64,000 nucleotides of DNA, from NCBI GenBank assembly GCA_021613535.1, contig CP075496.1, forward strand, positions 14,260,001 to 14,324,000. The letters are read 5' to 3'. The notes under the pieces are model-generated. The model was not told where the DNA came from and ran no database searches. It worked only from the letters and a program-made list of their open reading frames with translations. The stretch's first letter is position 1. The number at the start of each line of letters is the position of its first letter. Positions 24,713 to 37,528 of this stretch are shown piece after piece. Source of the stretch: Adineta vaga (Eukaryota > Animalia > Rotifera). Made by a program: the position numbers and the translations under genes.

Positions 24713-25026
24713 ATGAAGCTCACTCTCATTCTGGTTACTCTTGTTGTGCTGGTAGTCTGTATGTGGTCGACCGGTAAGTCACTGAATATTGTGCTAGAAA
24801 CACTTTTTGAAATAATTTCATCTGAATAAATTCTCATATATCATTCGCAGAAGCGGCGCCATCGCTCGAAGACGGTAATGATGAAGTAGCCCATGCGCGA
24901 AGCAAGCGCTGGACATGCAATAACTGGACAGGCGATTTTTTGTGCGCTGGATGGCCGGGTTCATGGCGTTGTCGGTGCGGTGCGGCCTGCTATGGTGGAA
25001 CTTGTACGTGCAGACGCTGTGTCTAA
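24713..25026 (+). CDS. Prepro defensin-like 8-cysteine peptide (2 exons, 78 aa)
   Basis: MKLTLILVTLVVLVVCMWST|E (phase-1 GTAAGT..CAG intron 24774-24850) AAPSLEDGNDEVAHARSKR-WTCNNWTGDFLCAGWPGSWRCRCGAACYGGTCTCRRCV*; AATAAA near 25125. Confidence 0.88.
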
Positions 25027-26127
25027 GTGGAGCGAACAAGGCCTTGGCAACTATTCATTCTCCCCATTCACTCTAATTTCCTTTTATTCATGTAACTCGT
25101 AATCTTCCTGCCTGTTAAATCCACTAATAAACATGAAGGCATCAATATACAGGATACAAGTAGAATCGGTGGACTGATTTGTTTATGAAAGAGTACACTG
25201 GAAAAAAAAACAGTAGCATGTAAAACCCAAAAAGGGTATTTGAAAGTGCAACGGATAATAAACCGTAACAAACCGTATTGTAACATCTCCCAAACCCTTT
25301 CGAATATCTTACAAAACCATTATTTTAACCGTATATTATGACAAAAAACCCTGCAGAAGGGTTTATGATATCGTTTATTAAATCTATTTTTTCAATAAAA
25401 AAATCATTCTTCCAGGGTTTCAGATAGGGTATTAAAGTATCATCAACCCTAAAAGGGTATATTATTCGTTGCACTTTCAAAAACTCTTTAAGCGTTTTTA
25501 AACTGTTTGGAATACCCTAAAATACGCTGTGTATTCCTGAAGTAACCATATTTGATAATCACTATTATATGTTCATATACGAATACAATCGTTTTATGAG
25601 TCATTTTTGACGTATGTATATCGTAGCGGGGTATTCAGAAGCATTCATAAAAGAACTTTATACCTGTAATGAGTATTCCAACACCCAGTCAATGGTGATC
25701 CATACCTAATAAGGGTACTTGAAGTTTGACTTGCCTGCACCTTACATATAGAGTTGTTTTTTCTCTTTTTCGCTAGTATTTCTTGTTCTCTTCCCAATAA
25801 ACACAGTCACTTTTATCACTTATCGTTAGATACGATTGTCTTGATTTTTCGTAGTGAGATTTTTCGATATTCTACGATACAAATCTATTGGAGGTTGGAG
25901 ATTCTACCTTTACATTTTCCATAATGAGAACCTTACACTGTATACCATTCATCTTTTTGTCATTATTTCAATTAATATTGATATGTTTCAAATCTTCAGA
26001 AGACAATTTTCTATACGAATTTCACAATTGTTTTTGTTTTAAATACAAACGAGAAAGAAGAAAATACATTTGATTTCTTACAAAGCAAATAAAATAAAGA
26101 CTAAAGTTTCTTTCGGAAAATAAACTG

Positions 26128-27806
26128 TTATTTTAATTTTGTCGTTGTTTTCTTCATTAATTTGTTCATATAATAATAATTTCTTTGTAAATATACATAT
26201 TCATTAAAGATTTGTTCACATAAACAATCATCAATTAAAGTATTTAATTGAATTTCTTTTTCAAATTCTTCGAAATCTTTTTTATATTCATTATAAGCGT
26301 TTGCTTCAAGTTTTGATTTGATTAAATTAATTTCATTGGTCAATGGATAATATCGATAGTGAAATTTTAATTCATATAATCGATAAATATAACGAAAATC
26401 AAGACATCGACGAATTGCATTATTTATTCGATTTATTAATTCACACTTCAAACATCAAATCATATAGAAATCCATCACATACATATTGTTAAATTACCTG
26501 ATCTGAATCGCCATCAATATCTGATTTAGTATTATCAATCAACAGTGAAGTTTCTAAAATGAACAAATGTGAATAATCTTGAAATAGAAGTAATTACCTT
26601 GTTGAACAATGGATGAAGATGATTCTTAAATGAAAAACGAATAATCAACGATGAAAGTAAAAGTTTTATTTTACCATCGATTATTGGTGGTAAAATACTT
26701 TCATCACTTGTCGATAATGATGATGATTCTGTTGTACAGAAAGGAAATAAAACAAATGATTCAATTTTATTTTTACTTAATTGATTTTCTGGATTGTCAG
26801 TTTTAATTTCAAGTGATTCATCTAAACGATAATCATCGAAATTGAAATTAGGAGGACTTTGAATAAATGTATCTGGACTTGAACAAAAATCATGATCAAC
26901 ATTTGAATGAGGAACAACTTTAATATTTAACGGAGTTTGTGGAGTCGAAGGTAAATATGGTTTGAAATGTGATGGAAGAAAGTTTTGTGAAACTAACAAA
27001 AAAGAAAATAAGGATTTAGTTTTCAAAATAATTAATCTTCATGTACTCGTTGATTGTTGAAAGAAACGATGATTATTACGATATGATGGATGTATCTAAA
27101 ATATACAATATGAAAATTCATTTTATTAATAGAAAAGATGTTACTATACCATTTGATTAGTTCGGATATGATTATTGGTATCTATTGATTAGAATAACAG
27201 ATTAGAATTAACTTAAGAGAATAAACTTACAATGATCAAATGAATATTGTTCATATTGATGCACTAAAAGAAAAACAAAATGAAGAATTTTCTTAATAAA
27301 AATGACGAAATACAATTGAAATGATTGATTTGTTGAATTTGATTGCAATGCCAATTTTGATTGTATGACTAGAAGCATAAATTCTTTCATCTATCTATAA
27401 ATATCTCTTAAATAATATACGTGATTTTCATATTGATATTTATCTCGTTGTTCTAAAACCATTTTTTGAATATGTGCTGTTGTTTCATTATAAACAGGAT
27501 GAACACGATATGACATAGAATTTGGTTTTGTTTCAATTTGAACAACATCAGGCATTGAACGTAATAAAGATAAAAATGAATGAAAACCAAGTTCAACATC
27601 TAAATTTAAAATAAGATTTCTTTGTTTCTGAAAAATGAGAAGAATAACTTACATGGAATTTCTTTTCCACAATTTAATTCTTTATAATCATGATATAATG
27701 ATGAACCTGTCAAACCTCCATATTTTGTTTTTGGTGAACTAATTAATAATGAACGTATTTCTTGTTTAATATTTTCATAAACTTTCGTTTTCTTATCATC
27801 TCGCAT
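26128..27806 (-). CDS. LOTUS/OST-HTH domain protein (multi-exon)
   Basis: MRDDKKTKVYENIKQEIRSLLISSPKTKYGGLTGSSLYHDYKELNCGKEIP|YVELGFHSFLSLLRSMPDVV..TAHIQKMVLEQR (extended-LOTUS-like helix), low-complexity middle, helical C-terminal exon. Confidence 0.85.
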
Positions 27807-28000
27807 TGCTCGTTTCTGGAAACAAAATAGATGAGAAATATTCAATCTGATATCGAGTTTATTCTCAGTTAGTTCTTCTCTTTTTTTTTGTATAAAACAA
27901 GAAATAATAATATATAATACAAAGACAAACAAAAATAACGAAATAAAAAATTGTTTCTTCTTCAGGATTTCAAATACAATATAAAAACAAAACAAAATAA

Positions 28001-29270
28001 TTAACAAATTTTAAACAAATAAATACCAAGAAAAATAAAAGAAATAACAACAGTGAAAAGAAAAATATAAGCATCGACAATATGAAATGAATATGTCTTC
28101 GATAAAGATGTTGTTGATGTACTTATCGAACGATTTAATCGACCTGATGAATATTTTATTAATGAACCATCCTATAATGAAAATCAATTGAATCTTTTAT
28201 ATTCTATTAAATGAATAATATTACTCTAATAAAAGAACGTTTATTTTCATCATAATCATTATCTTGTGGAATAATTCTTCGTTGAAGTTGATTTTCACAT
28301 TTGATAAATGATGAAGATGAATTATCGTTAATATCCTAAAAAAAAGAAACAATAATTTTGATTTCAATTAGATTTTCATGTTTGTTGTTTTTTCTACCAA
28401 TGAATGACGAACAGTTGGTAATGGTAAAAATGGATTTGATACGAATTGAATTGTTTCTTCATTATTTCTCTCCTCGGAATTGATTTGTTTATCTAATTGT
28501 GGTGTTTGCTAAAAATATATTCAAATTATGATTTGTTTTCTTTTAGAAATTCAAAAATTTACCCAAACATTGGGATCAAAACGATCACGATTTATTGGTG
28601 TTAATGGACGTTCATTTTGTGTATTAAGTAATGGTTCATGTTCATCAGATGATTCAATATTTTGTTGTTGTTCTTCATTTAATGGTACATGATGATCCTT
28701 GATTTAAAGAAAGAATTGTTTAGATAATAGAATTCTTTTTTTCTTACGAAAAAGATATAATCAGGTGGTGTTCCTTGTTGTTCATCATCAATTGTATTTG
28801 TTGAATGATGTTGACGAGAAAAACTTGTACTACTTTCTATTAGATAAAAGTTCTTATTAACATAATAAGAAGAGATAATATGAGATAAAAACATACGTCC
28901 TCGTTCTCGTTTTTGTTGTCGAAGCTAAATTTGAGAAAAAAAGTAAAGAAAAGATTTGAATAAATTTTTTTTAAAATGATTTTACTTTCACTGCTGAATA
29001 AACATAAGCTGGTTCACGACGTAAATCAATGGCAAAAAGACGTTTATCACTACTTAGTAAATCAAGTAGTGATCGATAACCTAATAAACGGTAAGGTATT
29101 TCTGCATTTTCATGTCGTTGTCGATAATAACGAAAAAGTTCAGCTTGTGTTAAATAACCACGTTTACAAGTTGTGATGTATGAATGAAGTTCATTCATTG
29201 TTTCACAATAGATACGTGGATCAATTGGTATTAAATGAGTTGGAGAAGTCGAAGAAGAAGAAACAGACAT
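28001..29270 (-). CDS. LOTUS-domain protein with C-terminal transmembrane (tail) anchor
   Basis: ELHSYITTCKRGYLTQAELFRYYRQRHENAEIPYRLLGYRSLLDLLSS; last exon ...FHIVDAYIFLFTVVISFIFLGIYLFKIC*. Confidence 0.78.
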
Positions 29271-29959
29271 GAGGAGAGAAGTTTTCTTTTACTTTTTAAT
29301 GAGAAAACAGTTCGATGGAATTGTAATGAACGATGGAAATATGTGCCAAGTAGATATTTGGTACAAGTTGGATATTTAATGAATTTTACCTCTATTAGAA
29401 TTCTCCTCTATGCTAATAAACACATTAAAATATTAATTCAACAAGATTTTCTAGAATAAATTCTGTCTAATTTAAATCAAATAAATAATTAAATAAATGC
29501 AATTGTGCGCCATCTATGTCAGAATATGGAAATCAACTCTAATCAACAACTGAATGATCCTGTGGTTTAACGTCGGTTTAAAATTTCTAAAAAGAGTGAT
29601 CCGGATTTGTAGAGTTAACTTGTCGTAGAAGTCCAGTTCTTCTTAAAAGAGCTTCTTATTTCATTTCACGGAGTTTATGAACTTGAGTTCATCGACTATA
29701 AGCAGAAGAATAAATGATAATTTGATGTTTCATCTTCAATAGAAGTTTCTAAACGACGGAATACTACTATAGGATAGATATGAATTTTCAAAGAATCTCT
29801 TCCTCTTCAGAACCCTATAGTCTGATGGTTTTTTTATATAATGAATGTCTTTGTATGGTGACGATAGAATAATAATCATGAGCTTTGATTATCATTCTCT
29901 TTTAACTAAATTATTGTTTTATGTTCATATTACTCGATCTTGGTAACATTAGATAGAAA

Positions 29960-32170
29960 ATGATTAAGTATAGACTAAAATCTTATTCGTTGTTATTGAT
30001 TTTCTTTAGATGATATTGAACAATATTCGAATAATTCATTGATTTCTTTCAAATTCAATTCAATCATGCAACATCTTATCTCTTCTCAACAATACAATCA
30101 AGCTCTCGACTTGTTCGATACAGAACATAAACATTATAACTACAAAACTAACTGCTTATCAAAATGGAATTCGTATTCATCAACAATTATCATAGAAATC
30201 ATTAGAAGATCCATTTCTTCAGTAAATATTATCTAAGGAAAAAATGATTTTTGATAAAATCAAACTTCTTCTTTCGTTCTTTGTCAGTGAAATGTCATCG
30301 AATTGATGAAGCTTTTCAAATATTTTCAAATGTTAAGAAAAAAATGATATTCATGTATGGTGCTATATGCTTAAAGGTTTGTCGATTTCTTCTTCTTCTA
30401 CGGAATTTCAATCATCACCATTTGATAATTGTAGGTTATCTTTCGAATAATATGCCAGAAAAGGTTATTGAATTATATGAAAAAATTTCTATCAAAGTTG
30501 ATGAAATGATCACGACTTTGTTATTTAATGCTTGTGCTAAACTTTCGAATGAGTATTCAATTCGAATTGGAAATCATGTTTTAAATCGATTACCGAAATC
30601 TTTTCTTCAACATCGAAACCTTCTTCATTGAACTATTGATATGTTGATGAAATTTGGGCAAGTTGAAGATGCCGAAGATTTCTTTAGACAAGTTAAAACA
30701 TTCGATTCAACTATCTATGGAACAATAATGAATGGTTATAAAATAAATAATCAACCATTTGAATGTTTGTCAATCTTTGAAGAAGTAAAGAAAAAGAATG
30801 TTGAAATTAATATACCTATAGCATTAGCATTAATTGGCGCATGTGCTCATTTACAAAATAATCTTCGATTAAAATCATCATTAATTGATATGTGAGTATC
30901 TTTAATTTAGTTTTATGTAAAAAAAAACAATTTATCATTTTAAAATTTCATAGGGGAAGTCAGGTGATATAAATCAAGCTAAACAAATATTTCAATCAAT
31001 TTCTCAACCGGATATTGTAATTTATTACTCGATGAGTAATTATTTCGTACAATTTATTTCGATTTGAACTTTTAGTTGTTTTTTTTTAGTAAATGTTTAT
31101 GCACGGAATGGAATGGGATATGAAGCAATTGATTTATATAAACAAATACCAGATAATATTCGTAATACAAAATCACATGTATGTGTTTTGAGCGCATGTT
31201 CTCATTCAACTCTGATTGATCAAACTCGAACTATTATCAATGAAATTAACAATAAAACAGAAGATGTTTTTATTACAATGGTTTGTTTATTTTATATCAA
31301 AATGTCTTTTATTCTTCATCATTTAGATCAATTGTCTTAGTCGTGTAGGAACATTTACTGAAGTACAAGACTTAATTCATATCTATGAAAAATTTCATTC
31401 ACCTTCTGTTATGTATGGTTAGTTATTTATTTATTGAACAGAAATAAATATGAAAATTTGTTTCTATTAATTCTAGTCGCCATTCTATCAGGTACTCGAA
31501 ATCATCATCAAGTTGATCTTTCAAAAGATTTATATATCGAATGATTAATTTATTTCCCGAACAAAAATCAACATTAATTGCTGCTTCTGTTCTTCTATCG
31601 AATATTCATTCATCGATAGGAGATAATTAACAAACACAAGAAATACGATTAAATCGAATAAAACGATTTGGAACACAAATGAAAATTGGATTATCATGGA
31701 CTGAAGTTAATGGTGAAATTATGGTAAGAAATATTACAAATGCATATGAATGTAAAATGTTTGTATAGAAATTTATAGCTCATGATCGATCTCATCCTCG
31801 ATCAAAGGAAATCTATGATGAACTTAGTCGACTATCGAAGAAATTAAAAGAACACGGTCATGAATATGATTCAAGATGGTGAAAGTATCGAATCAATCTT
31901 ATGTGGTCATAGTGAAAAGCTTGCTATTGCATTTAACTTTATTCAACAACCTCGACCATCATTTATTCAAATTACAAAAAACCTTCGTGTTTGTGGAGAT
32001 TGTCGTAAGTGAAAAAGTCAATTTATGAAACTATTAGTAATTTTCTTTCTATAGATCGTGCAACAAAGATGATCGCTAAGATTCGACAATGTGAAATTGT
32101 AGTACGTGATGCCAATCGTATTCATCATTTCTCAAGCCATGGACAATGTTCTTGTCAGGACCATTTCTAG
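29960..32170 (+). pseudogene. PLS/DYW-type PPR protein pseudogene (copy A)
   Basis: PPR repeats, GLSWTEV, AHDRSHPRS, CGHSEKLA, KNLRVCGDC|H, IVVRDANRIHHF..CSCQDHF*; stops at 30629-30631 and 30893-30895; 23-nt deletion near 31875. Confidence 0.9.
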
Positions 32171-32440
32171 TTTTTTGTTGATTTGATCATTGATTAATGA
32201 AGAAAGAAGGGCGAGGATGTGGGTGAGATTTATGCGTAAATATTTTACCCTTACTTTCACATTCTCACGCATCCATCAAGTATGTTTTGTCACTGTTTTC
32301 TTTCATGACTGTTCATTTGCTTGAGAAAGATGGATTAAAATCTTGCTCAACTTTATTTTCATGATCACATTCATTTGTTGAGAATGATTTACAAAAGCGA
32401 AAAGATATCCAGTGATATATTAATATGAAAAAATAAAATT

Positions 32441-33760
32441 TTATTCCGGAATAGGAACTAGTTCATTTATTGTTGGTGTATTGTCGTTTGAAGGATCTGT
32501 ATGAGAAGTGCGCAATTTTAGTTTGATTGGTTCTCCACTATTTTGAATAATATTTGTTAATTCTTCCATTAGTTCGTTTGTAACATCATGCATTGATGTA
32601 TTATCATCATGAATTGAAATAATAAATCGAACATGAGACGATGCATTATTGAATTTTGAATATTTTATAGAATTTGTTAATGATAAGTTTGTTTGTGTTG
32701 GTACTATTGGTAAAATGAGTCCACCTGTTAAAGTTCTTCTACTTGCACTTAATCTTTTATTGATAAAATCTTGCTTTTCATCTTGTTCAGTGGTTGAAGA
32801 GTCAATTGCTGATAAAATTTGTTCAGGAAAGAATTGCTTTCGATTATAAACACGTTGATAACGATCAACAAGAACAGAAACTAGCATACCACTCATGGCA
32901 ACACCACAAAAAGCACATGCACATGCAAGAATTCGACCAATTACTGTTACAGGATACATATCACCATATCTAATATATAATGAAAAACAATATCAGTGAA
33001 ATAGTTATACAATGAATTTACCCAACTGTTGTAATAGTTAAAATTCCCCAATAAGTTGCTTTTGGTATTGAATCAAAAACGTTTGAATCAACATCTTGTT
33101 CAACAAAATAAACTGTAGCACCAAAAAGAAATCCCATTAAAGTTAATATAACAATCATAATAATAAAATCAATAAATGATTCTTTCAATGTTGAACTAAG
33201 TACACGTAATGTTTTTAATCGTTTAAATATTAAATAAACTTTAAATACACGTAGAAATCTCAGGATTCGAAATACTCTCAAACCAACAAAACCATTTCCA
33301 CTTAAATCTGATGTTTTATGAACTAATGCTAAACTTAAAAATACAAAATAAGGTACAATAGCACCTAAGTCAATCCAATTAAATATTGATAAAAGGAATC
33401 GATAATAGGATGGTGTACTTATCAAACGTAAAAGAAATTCAACTGTAAAATATGATACACAAATTGTTTGTATAATAAAAAATGGTGAAGAAAACATTGT
33501 TGAACAAATTGGTATATCACCTCCGATTACTGATCGATTTTCTTCTTTTTCACATAATGTATTCCATTTATTATTATATTCAGGAATTGTTTCAACAGCT
33601 AATTCAATACATGATAAAACAGTTAATGTCATTGAGATAAAATGAAGAATTTTAGCAAACATAGAATGTTGAGGATATTCTAAATAGAACCAAATATATC
33701 GACGCCATAATAAAGTTGGTAAATGAATATATTTTACAATAGAAACATTTTCCAGTTTAT
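32441..33760 (-). pseudogene. 5'-truncated voltage-gated K+ channel (copy A; lacks T1 domain)
   Basis: Nearly identical to 42022-43342 but cut at the duplication breakpoint 33761. Confidence 0.88.
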
Positions 33761-33786
33761 TGGGATAATGTACTTAAGATTAATAT

Positions 33787-35485
33787 TCACAACAAAGGAA
33801 AATATGAATAAAAATTTTGTGTACAAGCAAGCGTTCGATACGTAATTAATGATTTTATTTTCTGACAAGTGAAACGTGTCGCATCATTTGTAAAATTATT
33901 TGTCACAGTTAATAATGTTTTATGATCAATTTTAAGTTTTGTTAAATGGGGTAAAAAAGTGATTGTATCAGAAAGAAATTGTATGACATAATCAGGATGT
34001 ACATGCGTAATATCGAGTTCAAATAGATGATTAAATGTAATTATGGTGGATGATTCATATTGTTTATTTTTTTGTGATATATCATTTGATATAGTTAATT
34101 TTTCAAGAAAAGGAAAATCTTGAGAAATAATTTTAAATAATCTATGTTCAAATGGAAGTCTATCATCATCCATTAATAAGAATCGTACTTTATCAAACCT
34201 TCTACTTTGAAAACAGGTATTCAGAAATAAGAAATTCTTAAATTGATATGGAAGAGAATAGACATGACAATTGGCTATATCTTTTAGAAATTTATCATCG
34301 GCACATGTATCAATTGATTGGAATCCGAATCTAATGAAACTATTTCGAATGTCTGAAGTTGATTGAAGATCTATTCTTTTTTTACTATATTGGGTCGTAA
34401 TTTTAGTATGTATATTGAAGATAAATCTGCTTAACCATGGCATATAATTAAGAACTTTATCGTATAATTCATTACCATCAATATATGGTGATTTAGTTCT
34501 TAATACAAAAAGAAATAATGTTAGTTCTTCAAGATTGAACATTCGTTGAAGTAATGGAACAATTTGTTCATCATAATAAGATGTATAGAATTCTGTTGAT
34601 AATGAAAAACATTTTAATTGACAAATTTTTTTCTAAAAAGAATTAGATAAATAATTAATTTTAACAATTAGAGTTATATTTACTGTATTATGTATTAGTA
34701 ATGATGAACGATGAAATTCATGGATATAAATAATCAATGTTGATAAAGACTGAAGAGATCCATTAAGAAGATAAAGACAATCATCAAAAGTATTAACATC
34801 TATTTTCAATTTAGTGAGAGATGAAGATAAATATTTTCTATTTGAAATAGTTATAGATGGACTTTGTAGACATAATCTTAAAGATTTATGAAATGTCAAA
34901 TGATTTAAACATTTACTATGTAATAATATGAATTCAAAGATATTTGCTTCATTTTCACCAAGAATCTCTGTATCTTTTTTATCGATATCCACAATCATAT
35001 TTGTTATTCGACTGATAAGATGTAACATAGTTTGATCTTAAATGTAAAAATAAAAAGTCTCATTAATTCTTCAAATCAGATTAATGAAAATATATACCTG
35101 TTAAATGTTGTAAGAGTATTTGTCGTTGAAAATTGACAAATGATAATGAATGAAGCTGAGGATAATCAACAGCAGTAAGAACACGTTGTATAGAAAGCGG
35201 TTCGACAATGAGTTCAGTTACTTTCTCATTAATTTTAGATAAAATTTCCGAACAAATTCTATCAAGAATGTAAATATACATCGAAGAACCATAAATATTG
35301 GATGACTCAATCGAAAAATCCAGATGATGAGTAAAGAGAGAATCAAGCGTTAATCGATTAAATCGTTTATTTACATATGTTAGTGAATACAGCATATCGA
35401 CCATATTTAATTTATTGAAAATAAATTGTAATATTTCATCTGGTAAATGAAGTATATTAGTATTGTTGCTATTTGAAATATCCAT
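33787..35485 (-). CDS. F-box/LRR-like protein (3 exons, apparently intact)
   Basis: LHLPDEILQFIFNKLNMVDMLYSLTYVNKRFNRL F-box; FDDCLYLLNG, HVYSLPY, PFEHRLF..FPFL, VTNNFTNDATR. Confidence 0.85.
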
Positions 35486-35954
35486 GAGTAAAAATTATAC
35501 TTCACTTTGATCGTTTCTCCTCTTTTTTTTTCAATCTATATATATACAACGTATTGTGTTCTTGTTCCCGTCTGTCAGAATGATATTCATATCGTCATGC
35601 TATTTGTTAATGAATGCCTGATGTTATTTTTCTTTTTCTGCAAAATTTTTCATTGATAAAGGGTAAAAATGTACATCGTCAAACTATGAATAGACTGAAA
35701 AGTGGATCAACATTCAGTTCGAATTAAGCAACGTGATTGGCACACAATGGTTCTAATTGTTTGAACTTTAATGTTAATTTAAAAAATGATATGCTACTTA
35801 GACGAAGTTGAAATAAAACAGTTGAATTGTTTCCAATATATTTTGAACTTGGTTTTTTTTTCAAATCAATGATGTTACAAAAACATTTAGTTTTTTGATG
35901 AAACGAGAATGATATTAATAAAAAAAAATGAAAAGGAAATAATTCAGTTTTATT

Positions 35955-37110
35955 TTAATGACAATCATCACCACCAACAATTAAAATTCCACAGTTTATC
36001 ATCAAATCAATATAATTCTTAGCTTGCTCACGATCCATTGCACGGAATGCATCATGTAGTCGACGAAGATCTCTTGATTGAATAGATTCCAAAATAGACT
36101 AAGAATTAAGAATAAAAAATAAAAGGATAATAATAATTCCTGCTTTTTACCAATGGTAATTCTTTCAATCCTTGAATAATATTTGATATATTCTTTTTTT
36201 CCTAGGAAAGAATTATGATTGTTGTATATTGTAGTTGAACAAAACTCACTAAATTATCATCATGTAAATCTTGTCCTTCGGCTTCATCACGGATAGAATC
36301 TCTCAAAGAATTAAATTGTTCAAGAAATTTTCTTTTATGAGATCCATCATCACAATCAGTTATTCTAAATAAATTGAATGTCTATTTTTATATTTTAAAT
36401 GGAAGAAAAAAAAATTAGATAGACTTGTCAAAGAATGATTCAACACTTTCGTAATTATTTAATTTCTCATCAAGCATTAAATTATTAATACATTGGATGA
36501 TAGTGCACTGGTGAACTACTCGTTCCATTTCAATAAATTGCTAAAGATAATTAGTTTTTAATGTGTTTTTAACGAAGATCAAATCTTACATTTTCGATCT
36601 CGAGATCGATTGACCATTCTTTTAAATAATTGAGTGTCCTCGGACATATAATATGAATATTTTCTTCCAAAAATTTTTTAGATTGATCAAAATCAATTAA
36701 TGAACCATACTTATTGATTAATGGATCTTGAAATTTCTGATTTACCTGATTTTAAAATCAATCAAGATGAATCATACGAATTAAAGTAAGATATACTTTT
36801 TCTTTTTTTTCTTCATCAGCATTACATTGAACAAATTCTAAAGAAAAATAGAGTTCAAATGATAATAAATTATCTTCAATTTACCATAATTTCGATATTT
36901 GTGCTGGTATAAATTCTCTGCTTGATTGTTAATAAATGCCGAAACCATTTTCTGCTTCTCCTGTTCATGTAATGCACCTAATGCTGTTTCCAATAGTCGC
37001 CCAAATCTAATCTGAATGTAATAAATTTAATAGAATTTTAGAAAAAATTTCTATGTAAATTTTACTTTTTCGAATAAAATTTTGTAATCTGAAGAACCAG
37101 ATAATGCCAT
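35955..37110 (-). CDS. CDC37-like Hsp90 co-chaperone paralog lacking the canonical N-terminus
   Basis: Spliced INKYGSLIDFDQSKKFLEENIHIICPRTLNYLKEWSIDLEIEN|QFIEMERVVHQCTIIQ..ELPL|SILESIQSRDLRRLHDAFRAMDREQAKNYIDLMINCGIL resembles the CDC37 middle and C domains. Confidence 0.78.
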
Positions 37111-37528
37111 TTATTATCTTAAATAATAAAAAACCTAGCATTCACTTATCACTTCTTGAAATTAAATATATGATGATCAATTTCATTATTATATCAGACA
37201 GAAGAAAGTTTTCAATTGAAATAAACATACACTGTTTCTATCAATCAAATTCATGTTTCAAAATCTTTATAACTTTTCGTTCGTATTAATTATTGGTTTA
37301 GCAGTGATTGAAGTGGTTCTTTTATTAAATACATGGGTTCTGTTTACTGCAAACAAGATAGATCGAATAAAAATATAAATATCGAGTTTATTCTCAGTTA
37401 GTTCTTCTCTTTTTTTTGTATAAAACAAGAAATAATAATATATAATACAAAGACAAACAAAAATAACGAAATAAAAAATTGTTTCTTCTTCAGGATTTCA
37501 AATACAATATAAAAACAAAACAAAATAT

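Larger units (their letters stand above)
22932..25742. mobile_element. Non-autonomous TIR DNA transposon (TA-flanked) carrying a cargo gene
   Basis: Left TA|AGGCGCAGGCAAGTCAAACTTTAAGT; right ACTTGAAGTTTGACTTGCCTGCACCT|TA (reverse complement AGGTGCAGGCAAGTCAAACTTCAAGT, 24/26 identical); interior is richer in GC than the flanks; no transposase ORF. Confidence 0.8.
27851..33761 (+). repeat. Segmental duplication copy A (~5.9 kb)
   Basis: Begins tatcgagtttattctcagttag (also at 37380) and ends agaaacattttccagtttatt (also at ~43342); colinear LOTUS-TM, PPR-DYW and Kv. Confidence 0.95.

Noticed and set aside
24818-25102. ORF-track ORFs 24818-25039 (-) and 24893-25102 (+)
   Set aside because: Alternative frames over the GC-rich defensin-like exon.
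25190-25560. Separate nested MITE with accctaaaagggt palindromes (similar motifs at 6170-6265)
   Set aside because: A repeat family is likely, but ends and target duplication could not be defined by eye.
27368-27421. In-frame TAG in the LOTUS gene
   Set aside because: It falls inside a ~50-nt GT-AG intron.
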